DNA of 64,000 nt from Octopus vulgaris. Lineage: Eukaryota. Below the pieces are notes generated by a model. It searched no databases and was not told where the DNA came from. It was given only the letters and a program-made list of their open reading frames with translations. This document shows, in pieces, positions 12,595 through 26,493 of the stretch; within the stretch, counting starts at the first letter, position 1; each line of letters starts with the position of its first letter. The DNA lies in the NCBI GenBank assembly GCA_951406725.2, contig OX597827.1, positions 18,600,001-18,664,000 on the forward strand, written 5' to 3'. Position numbers and translations under genes: made by a program.

Positions 12595-12798
12595 CTTTAC
12601 TACCCACAAGGGGCTAAACACAGAGGGGACAAAACAAGGACAGACAAACGGATTAAGTCGATTATATTGACCCCAGTGCGTAGCTGGTACTTATTTAATC
12701 GACCCCGAAAGGATGAAAGGCAAAGTCGACCTCGGCGGAATTTGAACTCAGAACGTAGCGGCAGAACGTAGCGTGCTAACGTTTCTGCCAGCTCGCCT
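12595..12798 (-). mobile_element. SINE family B (tRNA-like head, Deu/Nin-like domain)
   Basis: B box gagttcaaattc followed by gcctttcatcctttcggggtcgat.aaataagtacc. Confidence 0.8.
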
Positions 12799-12845
12799 AT
12801 TGTTCACATATATGGAACGCTGCTACTGTTTTATATGCGCGCACG

Positions 12846-12880
<35 letters not shown>

Positions 12881-12979
12881 ACACACACAAACGCACGCAC
12901 GCACACACACATAGTAACATGCTGGAAATAGCAACCAAATCTCACACGAAACTATTGTCTTTAAAAAGGCGGTGCTTAC

Positions 12980-13105
12980 GTTCCTCTTGAAGAACTGAAA
13001 TAAGCTGAAGCTTGTTGGGACGTCAGAAGTTGGGACGGGTTGGGGAGCGACTTGGCGTCAATCAGGTAGTCAGGCGACCGGTCGTCCAGAAAAGTGCAGT
13101 GACCT
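12980..13105 (-). CDS. Candidate 126-nt symmetric (phase 2-2) exon of an unidentified host gene
   Basis: ttctgcAG acceptor, GTAAGC donor, length divisible by 3, single open frame GHCTFLDDRSPDYLIDAKSLPNPSQLLTSQQASAYFSSSRG, locally GC-rich unique sequence. Confidence 0.4.
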
Positions 13106-13129
13106 CTGCAGAACACTGTTTATTGTTAA

Positions 13130-13523
13130 CTAGCAGTATCGCCCGGCGTTGCTCGGGTTTGTAAGGGAAATAACTATATAAGCATTTTTAGAGAGTTATA
13201 GCCAAAAGATAGCAAAAAATGCATTAAAAATGGAAAAAAAATTATGGTAAATTTTTTTTTAAATCGTTGACTCATCGTAGACATTTTTAGAGAGTTACTT
13301 CCCTTATATAATAGCGAAAAAATGCATTAAATGGAAAAAAATGATGGTACATTTTTTTTAAAATCGTAGACTCATCGTAGACGCGCGCTAATACCCAGAA
13401 GGGCTCGATATGAATCACGACTATAAGATACCCGGTTTTGGTTAAACTGCACCGCAAAATGTGGGAGTAGTTAGGAATCTAAATCGTAGGAGACAGACAC
13501 AACTTCTCTTTTATATATAAAGA
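13130..13523 (-). mobile_element. Non-autonomous Helitron
   Basis: Minus strand: a|TCtttatatataaaag ... cccgagcaacgccggg hairpin ... CTAG|t. Inserted between A and T. Confidence 0.8.
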
Positions 13524-13894
13524 TATAGTTCCTAAGGCGGCGAGCTAGCATACAGGACAAAATGCTTAGCGGCATTTCGTCCGCCTTTACGGTCCCTCGT
13601 TTAAGAAACAGATTGGGTTTACTTACATTTGTGAAGAAAAAAAGATACCCTTCCCCCCAACCTTAACCCTAACCCTAAAACAGATTGAAATGCAATAGAT
13701 CGATACTAGGGTCATAATTATGGGTAACAATTTCATATGACACCGCTAGAAAAAACTGCCATTCAAACCGAAAAGATGCAATTTGGCTGCTATTTCCAAA
13801 TGGTCAGGTGATAGCGTATAATAAAGTTTCCGTTTCCGGCTGGTGTATATCCGAAAAAGGAATTGTGTGGTTGTCTATATTGTTGCTGTCATTG

Positions 13895-14575
13895 ACGGTG
13901 ATGATGTTGATGGTGAGGATGCTGATGATGATGATGATGATGTTGTAGTTGATGGTGATGTTAACAGCGATGGTGTTGACGATGATGATGCTGACGGTTA
14001 TGATGTTGAGAGCGATGATGTTGATAGTGATGATGATGATGATGACAATGTTGATGGTGATGGTGTTGACGATGATGATGTTGACGGTAAAGATGATGAT
14101 GATGATGATGATGTTGACGATGATAATGTTGACGATGATGATGTTGACGATGATGATGATGATGATGATGTTGATGATGATGATGGTGATGATGATGATG
14201 ATGATGACAATGTTGGTGGTGATGATGTTGACGATGATGATGATGACGATGATGATGTTGACGATGATGATGATGATGATGTTGATGATGATGATGGTGA
14301 TGATGATGATGATGATGACAATGTTGGTGGTGATGATGTTGACGGTGATGATGATGACGATGATGATGTTGACGGGACTAGAGTGTGTGCCACCTGGAGC
14401 GGACCTGCAGTTTGCTGCCCTCAAGACCCCACAAAAATTGCATATTGCCTGTATCAGACTCAAAAGCGGTGCCGCCCCAATAAAGTACCACCCGGGGCGG
14501 ACCGCCGCCTCGCACTCTCCTCTAGCTACACTAGTAGTTGACGGTGATGATGTTGACGAGGATAATGATGATGAC

Positions 14576-14618
<43 letters not shown>

Positions 14619-14891
14619 TTGTTGATGATGATGATTGTGATGCTGTGGTTGGTGAAGTTATTGTAACTGTTCACGTTGCTGTTTAAGGCTTCCATTGTAA
14701 TTGTTTCTGTTCTTGTCGTTGCTCAAATTATCGCAGCTGTTATTATTATTGTTGTAGTTGTAGTTGCTTTTTGTTGTTGTTGCTGCTGTTGTTGTTGTTG
14801 TTGATACTAACGTTTAATGTTAAAGATTGCTTGTTGTTATAATTGATGTTGTTAACTCTGTTGTTGTTGCTATCGATGATGGTGGTGATGG

Positions 14892-14963
<72 letters not shown>

Positions 14964-15431
14964 CGATGATGATGATGATGGTGATGGTGATGATGATGAT
15001 GATGGTGATGATGATGACGATGATTTTGATGTGGTGATGATGATGATGGTGATGATGATGATGATGTCGATGATGATGATGATGATGATGATAATGATGA
15101 TGATGGTGATGGTGATGATTGCATTATAGTTGTTATTGGTTCTACGTTTTAATTGTTGCTGTTGATGTTGTTGTGGAAAGGGTAGCTGCCCCCTCACACC
15201 CCACTCCCATCGCCCCAGCCGACGACGATTGCGATTACGATTACGATGATGATGATGATGATGGTAATTATGATGTCGTTGTTTTTGTTACTGTTGTTCT
15301 TGTCGAAAAGGTTGTTGTTGTTGTTGTTAAATGATAATGACAATGGTGATGATGATGATGATGATGATGATGACGGTGATGATGATGATGATGATGATGA
15401 TGGTGATGATGACAACGACGACGACGACGAC

Positions 15432-15485
<54 letters not shown>

Positions 15486-15521
15486 GATGGTGATGACGAT
15501 GATGACAACGACGACGACGAC

Positions 15522-15555
<34 letters not shown>

Positions 15556-15780
15556 GTGATGATGGTGATGATGATGATGATGATGATGATAATACGGGTG
15601 TTGTTGTTAGCCGTTGTTGGCTGTTGCCACTTTTCCTACTGGCAATGACGCCACCGCCGACGATGATGACGACGACGACGACGATGATGATGATGATGAT
15701 GATGACGATGATGATGACGACGACGCCGACGACGGCAACAACGATGATGATGCTATTATTGTTGTTGTTGTTGTTATTCA
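13895..15780. repeat. Compound (GAT/GAC/GGT/GTT)n array with higher-order duplications
   Basis: Direct reading. Source of the poly-D/M/I/S/H pseudo-ORFs. Confidence 0.9.
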
Positions 15781-16542
15781 GACGACGTGTGGTCTACCTC
15801 GTAATCATTTTAAGGTCGCCGTAACAAGAAGAAGAAGACACACCCACCTCACTCAGAAAGCGGGGTGAGTCGCCGAGCGCATACCATACATAGCTTCGAC
15901 TGATTCAGGCGTCCGACCATGTGCCGCCAGGGTTAACGGCCGCTGCCGCCGCCGCCGCCACCTTCACCACGACAACCGCTACCACCACCACCACCACCAC
16001 CACACCCTACACCACCAATACTACCACCACCAACAACACCACCATAACCACCATCACCACCACCACACCCTACACCACCAATACCACCACCACTACCACC
16101 ACCACCAGCACCGCCGCCGCCACCACCACCACCCCACCACCACCACCACCATCACTACCCTCACCACCACCATCGCCCGACCCCCTTCTTCTGCGCCAAC
16201 ACTACATTCACAAGAGAGAGAGAGAGAGAGAGAGAGAAAGAAAGAGAAAGAAAGAAAGAGAGGGTGGGGGATGTGGAGGAAGAGAGAGGGGCACACATGT
16301 ACACATTACACGCCGACTGTTTAGACTTCGGACCTTAAGACAAGTCTGCTAAGCTAAGCCTCCTCGTTAAGATATTAAATTGTTTATCTTAAAGTATGTG
16401 TGTCGAGGGGCTTTTTTTCTTATAGCTTAATCAGATGCACACACACACACACACACACACAAGTACACACACACACATGTGCACACACACACATGTACAC
16501 ACACATATGTATGTATATATATATATATATATAAAAACATAC

Positions 16543-16578
<36 letters not shown>

Positions 16579-16773
16579 ATACATACATATAGGTATGTAC
16601 ATGTATATGTATGTATGTATGTTTGTATGCATGTATGTATATACACAGTCATCGAGTTGCGTGTAGGGGCTTAATTAGATGCATATATATAAATATACAT
16701 ACATACATACGTACATATGTACGTACATACATACATATATATGTGTGTGTATGTGTGTGTATGTGTATGCATG

Positions 16774-16870
<97 letters not shown>

Positions 16871-16986
16871 GTGCATATATATGTGTGTGTATTCCTATTC
16901 TTTTATTCTTTTATTTTTTTCCAGTCATTTGACTGCGGCCATGCTGGAGCACCGCCTTTAGTCGTATATGTATGCATATATATATA

Positions 16987-17054
<68 letters not shown>

Positions 17055-17248
17055 CACATACATACATCAGGCTTCTTTCAGTTTCCGTCTACCAAATACG
17101 CTCACAAGGCTTTGGTCGGCCCGAGGCTACAGTAAAAGACATTTGCCCAAGGTGCCATGCAGTGGGACTGAACCCAGAAGCATGTGGTTGGGAAGCAAGC
17201 TTCTTACCACGCAGCCACATCTGTGCCTACATAAATATGTATACACAC

Positions 17249-17334
<86 letters not shown>

Positions 17335-18000
17335 TTATGTGGTAAGCATTTTGCTTCCCACCCACATGGTTTCAGATTCAGATCCCACTGTTTTGCACCT
17401 TGGGTAAGTCCTTCCTCCTTGTACCCACGGGTGGACCCAAAACTTGTGAGTGTATTTTATACACGGAAATCGAAAGAAACCCATCATATATGTATGTGTG
17501 TATGTGTGTGTATGTGTATGCGTATGTGTATGAGTATGTGTGTTTATGTATGCGTATACTGTTGTGTTTTGGGACGGTCATTACTCCAATAATAACACAT
17601 GCACTGGTTTGATATCACTTTGTTAGTGTTAGTCAATTGGTTAAATATCAAACCAACTTACTAATCGATCGTTTGTCTAATGAGCTAGAGTTAAACAATC
17701 AATCGTCTCTTTGCCTTTCCGTCGCTGATCGCGACCTTCCCAGTTACTTACCCTCTCTCCTTAAGGTCTATTCTGAGTCTCTCCAAGAATTGGTCTTATG
17801 CCTCTGTGTGTGTATGTGTGTGGTGTAAACGTGTGTTTGCTTAGAAGAAGGGTAAGAGTGTATATATATATATAACACGTAATACATACATACATACATA
17901 CATCAGGCTTCTTTCAGTTTCCGTCTACCAAATCCGCTCACAAGGCTTTGGTCGGCCCGAGGCTACAGTAAAAGACACTTGCCCAATATATATATATACC

Positions 18001-18416
18001 ACCTTGATCACCTTGACCGACCAGTCTGTCAGGCTTCCATTTGACACCGCTGGTCACAGCACGCTTGTCCACTCCTCTCTGGATCGCACCTTTCTCATCC
18101 ACGTGATCCCAATCGTCCTCCTGAAATCGTAACTCCACCGTCGTGGAGGTCTTCCGGGTGGTCGTTTCCGCTCGCTCAGGTACCACTCGACAACTGCGCG
18201 GGTCCACCGATTATCGGTGAGCCGGGCGACGTGTCCAGTCCATCTAAACTTGGTGCGTGCATTTTCTGCGATGACATCCCTCACGCCGGACTTCTTTCTG
18301 ATGATCTCGCTACTGATGTACTCTCTCAACGAGATACCAAGCATTGGCCTTTCCATGGCTCTTCGAGCCGTTACCAGTCTCTGCTCTTCTCTCTTTGTTG
18401 TAGCCCATATTTCACA

Positions 18417-18421
<5 letters not shown>
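18001..18421 (-). mobile_element. RTE-clade LINE 3' fragment
   Basis: YGCEIW...MERPMLGISLRE...RWTGHVAR..DNRWT...KRPPGRPPRRW, followed by a short 3' UTR. Confidence 0.85.
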
Positions 18422-18500
<79 letters not shown>

Positions 18501-18814
18501 GGTTTGGCGGCGATGTACAGGTATTATATATTAGAAGAAATAAGTTACTCAGAAAACATACTGATATTGGTATGTTTACGTCCTCGTAACCTAGCGGTTC
18601 GGCAAAAAGAGACTAGGTTTATAAAGAATAAGTCCTAGGGTCGATTGGTTCGATTGAAGACGGTGCTCCAGCATGGCCGCAGTCAAATGAATGAAACTAA
18701 TAAAAGAAAAATAGAAGATACACACACACACGCACACATACATAAATAATATATATATATTGGAGAAGTACTTGCATAGCGAGTCACTTGATCTGAGATC
18801 GTGTGCTGGAACGA

Positions 18815-19052
18815 AAACAATTGCAGCGTGGAAGGTGTTTGTAAGCCATTTAAAAAACACACAAAACCGTTAGATTCACTTCAACATTTAAATTGATTTT
18901 GTCAAAATATTTTCGTTGCTTTGAAACCGCGACCTGTTCACTGACAAAACTTCGTGCAGCACGATTGACAAATTAAATTTAAATGTTGAAGTGAATCTAA
19001 CGGTTTTTGTGTGTTTCTTAAATGGCTTATAAACACCTTCCACACTGCAATT

Positions 19053-19056
<4 letters not shown>
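18815..19056. repeat. About 90-bp-arm inverted repeat
   Basis: 18815-18905 is the reverse complement of 18965-19056 with a few mismatches. Confidence 0.9.
18901..18945 (-). ncRNA. Minimal type-I hammerhead motif, G3:C8 variant
   Basis: GTCA-GTGAACA-g-GTCGC ggtttcaaa GCaAC-GAAA-ATAT-TT-TGAC. Stem I GTCA/TGAC, palindromic stem III. Confidence 0.6.
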
Positions 19057-19097
<41 letters not shown>

Positions 19098-19181
19098 ATC
19101 CAAACATGAGAACACAAAGAGAAAACATAACAACACGAGGACGTGTTATTGGACGCTCAGGAAAGGAAAGAAAGAATGAGG

Positions 19182-19218
19182 ATGTAACGTTTCGAGCGGA
19201 GCTCTTCGTCAGAAACAT
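19182..19218 (-). ncRNA. Minimal hammerhead motif, canonical core
   Basis: ATGTtt-CTGACGA-A-GAGC tcc GCTC-GAAA-CG-TT-ACAT, with an AACGTT palindrome. Confidence 0.65.
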
Positions 19219-19747
19219 AGAAAAAGGAAAGGTCCAAGGAAGGGAAGACGGAGGAAAAAAATCTCCAACGATGCACACGCGGTCATGCGACCAGCTTCTT
19301 TCAGTGTCTGTTTATCAAATCCCTACTCAAGCCCGTGGTTACACTAGAAACACTTGCTTAAGGTTTCACAAAACTGGACTGAACCAGAAAACATGCCGCC
19401 GAGAAGCGAACCTCTTAACACATGTTTCATTTTATTTTTGTTGTGTTGCGCTACTGTTCTGTGTTCGAGGATTTTCTTCCATTTTTTTTTTTATTCTTCT
19501 CAGTTTGACTATATTTGTGGCGTAGTTAGGATTATATTTTTATGCTTTTGTCGTGTTGAATATGTTTTGTTTGCTTGCTATACAAAAAAACTTATAAAAT
19601 ATATCGGTTGATTGTTAAAAGGCGTCTCTCACTCTGCACTTACGGTTCCAGAAGATGCTATCTTTGTCTGTCGATGTATGTATGTATGAATACACATACA
19701 TACACTCGTATACATATAGTCTCTGTAAATATATACATACACGCACC

Positions 19748-19801
<54 letters not shown>

Positions 19802-19844
19802 ATTGCATATGTATGTATATATGTACATGTATATGCATGTATAC

Positions 19845-20248
19845 ACTTTTACTTGGTTCAGTCACTTGTCTGTGGCCATGCTGGAGCACTGCCTTTAGTC
19901 GAACAAATCGACCCCCAGGACATATTCTTTGTAAGCCTAGTACATATTCTATCGATCTCTTTTGCCGAACCGCTAGGTTGCGATGACGTAAACACACCAG
20001 CATCGGTTGTCAAGCGATGTTGTGGGGACAAACACAGACACACAAACACACACACACACACATTTATATATATATACATATATATGACGGGCTTCTTTCA
20101 GTTTCCGACTACCAAATCCACTCACAAGGCTTTGGTCGGTCCGAGGCTATAGTAGAAGACACTTGCTCAATGTGCCACGCAGTGGGACTGAACCCAGTAC
20201 CATGTGGTTGGTAAGCAAGCTACTTACTACACAGCCACTCCTGCGCCT
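19845..20248 (-). mobile_element. SINE family A
   Basis: Full-length copy. Confidence 0.85.
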
Positions 20249-20729
20249 AAAATTACTCAATTTTGCCGGTTGAGTGGACTGCAGCAACATGAAATGAAGT
20301 GATTTGCTCAAGAACACAATACATCACCCGGTCCAGGAATCGAAACCACAATCTTACGATCATGAGTCCAACGCCCTAACCACTAAGCCACGCGTTTCCA
20401 TAATCAACAACCGACATAATGGACAGCGGAGGAAATGTAACTCGCCATGCAGGATGTCCGGTTGCATCGCCACCCGGCACGTTTAATGAGAAGACGCTGG
20501 GGGTAGGTAAAGATTATGGGCTTTCTCCACCCTGTGGGTGGGGAGAAAGAACGTGGTATATACAGGACAATGGATGTATAAAATGTGACTTGTTAATGGC
20601 CCAAAATAACACACTTTCTATGTAATTGGTCTGGACTGGACTGGTCGGTCGGTCGGTCAGTCTGGAGCAGCGGACCACAACCAGCACAACCATCGCAGTC
20701 AGCACTATCGCCGCTGGCACAATCGTTGA

Positions 20730-20738
20730 CATCATCAC

Positions 20739-20785
<47 letters not shown>

Positions 20786-20861
20786 CCACCACCATCATCA
20801 TCATCATCATCATCGTCATCATCGTCATCATCATCATCATCATCATCATCATCACCACCAC

Positions 20862-20929
<68 letters not shown>

Positions 20930-20994
20930 CCACCACCATCATCATCATCATCATCATCGTCATCATCGTCATCATCATCATCATCATCACCACC

Positions 20995-21067
<73 letters not shown>

Positions 21068-21144
21068 GTTGCAGCAGCAGCAGCAGCAATAACAATAATA
21101 ATGTCATCAGCCTCAGCTTCATCGTCATCATGAACATGATCGTT

Positions 21145-21188
<44 letters not shown>

Positions 21189-22071
21189 AATCATCATCAT
21201 CATCATCATCATCGTCATCATCATCATCGACGTCGTCGTCCCTGTCACCACCTCCACTAACACTGTTTACCGCCACTACCACCATCACCGGCATGCCAAT
21301 AACAACGCGTAACCATCACCATAACCACCACAACCACTACCACCACAACAACCACCATCATCACCACCACCACTACCACCACTTCCGCCGCCATCATCAT
21401 CACCAGTACCACAACTACCACCACAACCACCCCACCATCACCAACACTATTACCTCCACCACCACCATCATCATCATCATCCACTACCGACGCCACCATC
21501 ACCTACAGCCCCAGTACCATCACCATGAACACCACCAGCACCACCATAGTCAACATCACCATCATCATCAACCTCACAACCATCACCACCACGACAACTA
21601 CCACCACCATCGTCATCACCACAATAACTCCTCCCCCCCACACAGACACACACACAAGCACCATATACCTATTTCTTTATTACCCACAAGGGGCTAAACA
21701 CAGAGGGGACAAACGAGGACAGACATAGGTATTAAGTCAATTACATCGACCCCAGTGCGTAACTGGTACTTAATTTATCGACCCCGAAAGGATGAAAGGC
21801 AAAGTCGACCTCGGCGGAATTTGAACTCACAACGTAACGCAGACGAAATACCGCTAAGCATTTCGCCCAGCGTGCTAACGTTTCTGCCAGCTCACCGCCG
21901 ATTTATACCATTTACCATATACCATTTACATATATAATCACCACCACTAGTAATAACTCTATCATCACAATCATCATAATGGTGGTGATGGTCGTCAAGG
22001 CCATCATCATCATCATCATCAACATCATCATCATCGTCATCGTCACAAAACATCACCATCATCGTCACTAC

Positions 22072-22112
<41 letters not shown>

Positions 22113-22189
22113 CTACTATCAATATCATCATCATCATCGTCATCGTCCAATAATAATCATCATCATCATCATCATCATCGTCATCATCT

Positions 22190-22223
<34 letters not shown>

Positions 22224-22340
22224 GTCTAATCATCATCATCCAATAATCATCATCATCATCATCGTCCAATCATCATCGTCCAATCATCATCGTCGTCATC
22301 ATCATCGCCACCGTAGTCGTCATCGCCGTCGTCGTTGTCG
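20730..22340. repeat. Compound (ATC/ACC)n arrays interrupted by a family B SINE (21667-21900)
   Basis: Direct reading. Confidence 0.9.
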
Positions 22341-22792
22341 TGGTCATCCTCCACTTGATGCTATTTCTTGAAAAAAGAAACAAAACAAAAGAAGTTCGTT
22401 TCTTCCCGTTTCATTAATGAATATTCATAAGTAGTTCATTATATATTCATCAGCTTCATTATTATTCATGACATTCCCCGTCATCTTCTAATCTCTCGCC
22501 ACCACTCCATTAGATATTCATCTCTTTTTACTTAGTAGTACTCCGCCATTGTTGGCTTCTTCTTCTGCTTGTTGTTGTTGTTGTCGGTGCTGAAGCAGAG
22601 TGGTTCATGGATGGATGGGTGGGTGGGAGGGTGAGTATAGATACATTATGCATTGTCTTTGGAGTATAAATATATATAAATGTTGTGTGCGTGTGTGTGT
22701 GTATGCATGTGTATATAGCTACGCACCTATACTCATAGTTATATATACAAATACACTCACATACATATATGCATAAATATATATATAAATAT

Positions 22793-22855
<63 letters not shown>

Positions 22856-22986
22856 GATACATAAATATATATGTATGCATGTACGTTTATAGGTATATAC
22901 ACATATTATATACATATATATATATGTATATAAGTATGTGTGCGTGACTATGTATGAGCGTGTATATATGTATCTATAAATATGAA

Positions 22987-23021
<35 letters not shown>

Positions 23022-23071
23022 GGGTACATCCATATATATACATACATATATATATTTATGGATATATATGG

Positions 23072-23121
<50 letters not shown>

Positions 23122-23189
23122 TATGTGTAAATATATACATATGCACACATATGTATTTGCATATATTTATACACACACACACACACACA

Positions 23190-23232
<43 letters not shown>

Positions 23233-23774
23233 GTGTGTATGTGTGTGTAACTATGTACATATATATATACATATATATATGCTTACATGTATGCCTGTAT
23301 CGATATAAATATTTTGATGCATATCTATATACCCACATATACGTGTGTGTGTGTGTGTGTGTGTGTGAGTGTGTGTGTGAGTGTGTATGTGAGTGTGTGT
23401 ATGTGTGTGTATGTGTGTGTGTGTGTCAAACATGTGTATACATAACCTTGTTAATGAATGCTCTAACTCCTCCATGAATCTATTTCTTTATAAAATTATT
23501 GCTCGGCCATTTCTGCAGCGCAGAGACATTAAATTATCTTCATGGGGGAATTTGTTTTTTCGTGGACGCTTGTTGGAACGCGGATTCATTCTCTTTTCGT
23601 TCGTTCATGGTTCGTACGAGGATTGCTTCCTAACTTCGTTTATGTAAAGCTGGTCAACAAAGCACATCCTCTTCTCGTAAACCGGCCGATGCGTTAAGAA
23701 AAAAACCCAATCGAAACAATGCGTAGTCCAGAATGAAATCAGGTATTTTCTACAGACAAATACAGGTGCATCAA

Positions 23775-24196
23775 ATACCTATTTCTTTACTACCCACAAG
23801 GGGTTAAACACAGAGGGGACAAACAAAAACAGACAAACGGATTAAGTCGATTACATCGACCCCAGTGCGTAACTGGTACTTAATTCATCGACCCCGAAAG
23901 GATGAAAGGCAAAGTCGACCTCGGCGGAATTTGAACTCAGAACGTAAAGACAGAAAAAATACCTATTTCTTCATTACCCACAAGGGGCTAAACACAGAGA
24001 GGACAAACAAGAACAGACAAACGAATTAAGTCGATTACATCGACCTCAGTGCGTAACTGGTACTTAATTCATCGACCCCGAAAGGATGAAAGGCAAAGTC
24101 GATCCCGACGGAATTTGAACTCTGAACGTAACGGCAGATAAAATACGGCTACGCATTTCGCCCGGTATGCTAACGATTCTGCCAGCTCGCCGCCTT
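23775..24196 (-). mobile_element. SINE family B, tandem dimer
   Basis: Two body+tail units of about 184 bp sharing one head. Confidence 0.85.
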
Positions 24197-24461
24197 TATA
24201 TGTAGTATTTGATACAGGTGTATCAAATACAGGTGTATCAAATACCACAGAACATAAATCGTTTCCATGCCGGAAAAAATGCTGTGCGGCATTTCGTCCG
24301 TCTTAACGTTCTGCGTTCAAATTTCGCCGGGATCGACTTTTATCTTTTAGGATTGATAAAATAAGTACCAGTTGTGCACTGGGATCAATAATAGAATTAC
24401 TACTTTCCCTGAAATTGTTGGTCTTGTGCAAAAAATTTGAAACTAATATTATCTTGGTCTC

Positions 24462-24862
24462 TGAGGCGGTGAGGTGGCAGAATCGTTAGCACGCAGGGCG
24501 AAATGCTTAGCGGTATTTCGTCTGTCGTTACGTTCTGAGTTCAAATTCCGCCGAGGTCGGCTTTGCCTTTCATCCTTTCGGGGTCGATAATTTAAGTACC
24601 AGTTACACACTGGGGTCGATGCAATCGACTTAATCCGTTTGTCTGTCCTTGTTTGTCCTCTTTGTGTTTAGCCCCTTGTGCGTAGTAAAGAAATAGGTAT
24701 TTCGTTTGCCGCTACGTTCTGAGTTCAAATTCCGCCGAGGTCGACTTTGCCTTTCCTCCTTTCGGGGTCGATAAATTAAGTGCCAGTAGAGTACTTAACC
24801 CCTTTGTCTGTCCTTGTTTGTCCCCTCTATGTTTAGTCCCTTGTGGACAATAATGAAATAAG
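24462..24862 (+). mobile_element. SINE family B, tandem dimer
   Basis: Head gaggcggtgaggtggcagaatcgttagc; the second unit restarts at ggtatttcg (about 24696). Confidence 0.85.
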
Positions 24863-25362
24863 AATCGTCAGCACGTCAGGTATTACAAGATGCTGAACGT
24901 GATTTCGTCCGTCTCTACGTTTCGAGTTCAAATTCTGCTGGGGTCAACTTTGCTTTTCATTCTTTCGGGGTCTATGAAATAAATAAAAATTAGGTAAAGT
25001 TACCTTCTCGATTCCTACCGACGCACAAGAGCTGGTTTCCCCGTTTCATGGCGTATGTATTCCCAACGTGGACGGGACGCCGTTCCGTTGCAGGTTTACA
25101 ACTTTTTGCCAGCTGAGCGGCCTGGAGCAATGAGAAATGAAGGGTCTTGCTCAAGAACACAACCTGTTGTCCGGTTCAGGAAACAAAACAACAATCTTAC
25201 GATCATGAGTCCAACACCCTAACCACAAAGCCACGCGTCTCCACTATGAAATAATTTCGGTTCCGCACTGGGGTAGATGTAATCGACTTACCTATCTCCC
25301 CTGAAAGTGCTGTCGTTGTGCCAAAAATCGAAACCAATATTATCTCTAGTCTCTAGAAGATA

Positions 25363-25556
25363 CAAAGTGCGGCAGAAATACTTCCCACATTTTAAACTAA
25401 TGAACTGATGCAAGTGCCAATAATGTTTTCATTTAGCTAATGAACAAAAACTGTAACCCTTTCTTTAAACAATAGTAAAATTTATTTTTCATAAATTTTG
25501 TTTCTTTTTCCTTTTGCCAATCTTTTAAATGTGGGAGGTATTTCTGCCGCATCCTG
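25363..25556. mobile_element. Small Tc1/mariner-type MITE
   Basis: TIR caaagtgcggcagaaatacttcccacattt / aaatgtgggaggtatttctgccgcatcctg with TA on both sides. Confidence 0.75.
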
Positions 25557-25569
25557 TATATATGTTGTT

Positions 25570-25863
25570 CCTTCTCGAGCAATGCCTGGTTCATAAGGGC
25601 CGGTTTCCCGGTTTCTTGGCGTATAGGCTCCCCACCTGGATGTGACGCCGGTCCATCGCAGGTGAGCTGCAAGATGCAGGAGGAGAGAGTGAGAGAAAGT
25701 TGTGGCGAAAGAGTCAGCAGAAGTTCGCCATTATCTTTTGCCGGAGCCGCGTGGAGCTTAGGTTTTTCGCTCATAAACACACACATCGCCCGGTCTGAGA
25801 TTCGAACCCATGATCCCTCGACCACGAGTCCGCTGCTCTAACCACTAGGTCATGTGCCTCCAC
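25570..25863 (-). mobile_element. SINE family C variant
   Basis: tRNA-like head gtggaggcacatgacctagtggttagagcagcggactcg..ggttcgaatc. Confidence 0.75.
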
Positions 25864-26250
25864 CATCGTGTATATCATAATTACCAAATGGCAATGCTGC
25901 CCAGATCCACTTGAGAAAAGATCATCTCAAGTTTCAAGAATTCTCCAAGGTTGATATGTCTTCAAGGTAAAAAAAAAAAAGACAGAAAAAAACCAAAAAA
26001 AAAAAAAAACCAACGACAACAATATCAGGCTTTATTGTCTGGAGATAAGAGGACGGTCGTGGCCACGTATCTGTCTTGTGAGGAATAATTCTTGTCTTTT
26101 CAAAGTCGATTCAGACACAGATCTATCTGAAAGACAATATTATTGGCTCCGAAATCATTAAAAGCATTTCATGAAGCAATGCTATTTGCGATAGATTTGC
26201 CTCAATGTCGGACAAATTAGGATGTGTTTCTAGAATGAGTATGGCACGAA

Positions 26251-26305
<55 letters not shown>

Positions 26306-26310
26306 CACAG

Positions 26311-26374
<64 letters not shown>

Positions 26375-26493
26375 CACACACATACATATATAGATAGATA
26401 GATATACATACATATAAACATACATATATACATATATATATATATCATACACGCACAAAACACACATATATATATATGTTTATACATACATAT

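Noticed and set aside
15782-15864. Possible plus-strand 83-nt exon (cAG...GTGAGT) in a CpG-rich patch
   Set aside because: The acceptor is built from (GTT)n repeat, the peptide is unrecognisable and no partner exons are evident.
13804-15868. Long poly-D/poly-M/poly-I/poly-H ORFs resembling acidic biomineralisation proteins
   Set aside because: They are translations of (GAT)n arrays open in several frames on both strands. The same pattern recurs at 20.5-22.3 kb, 39 kb, 44.4-45 kb and 56-57 kb with no unique coding context.
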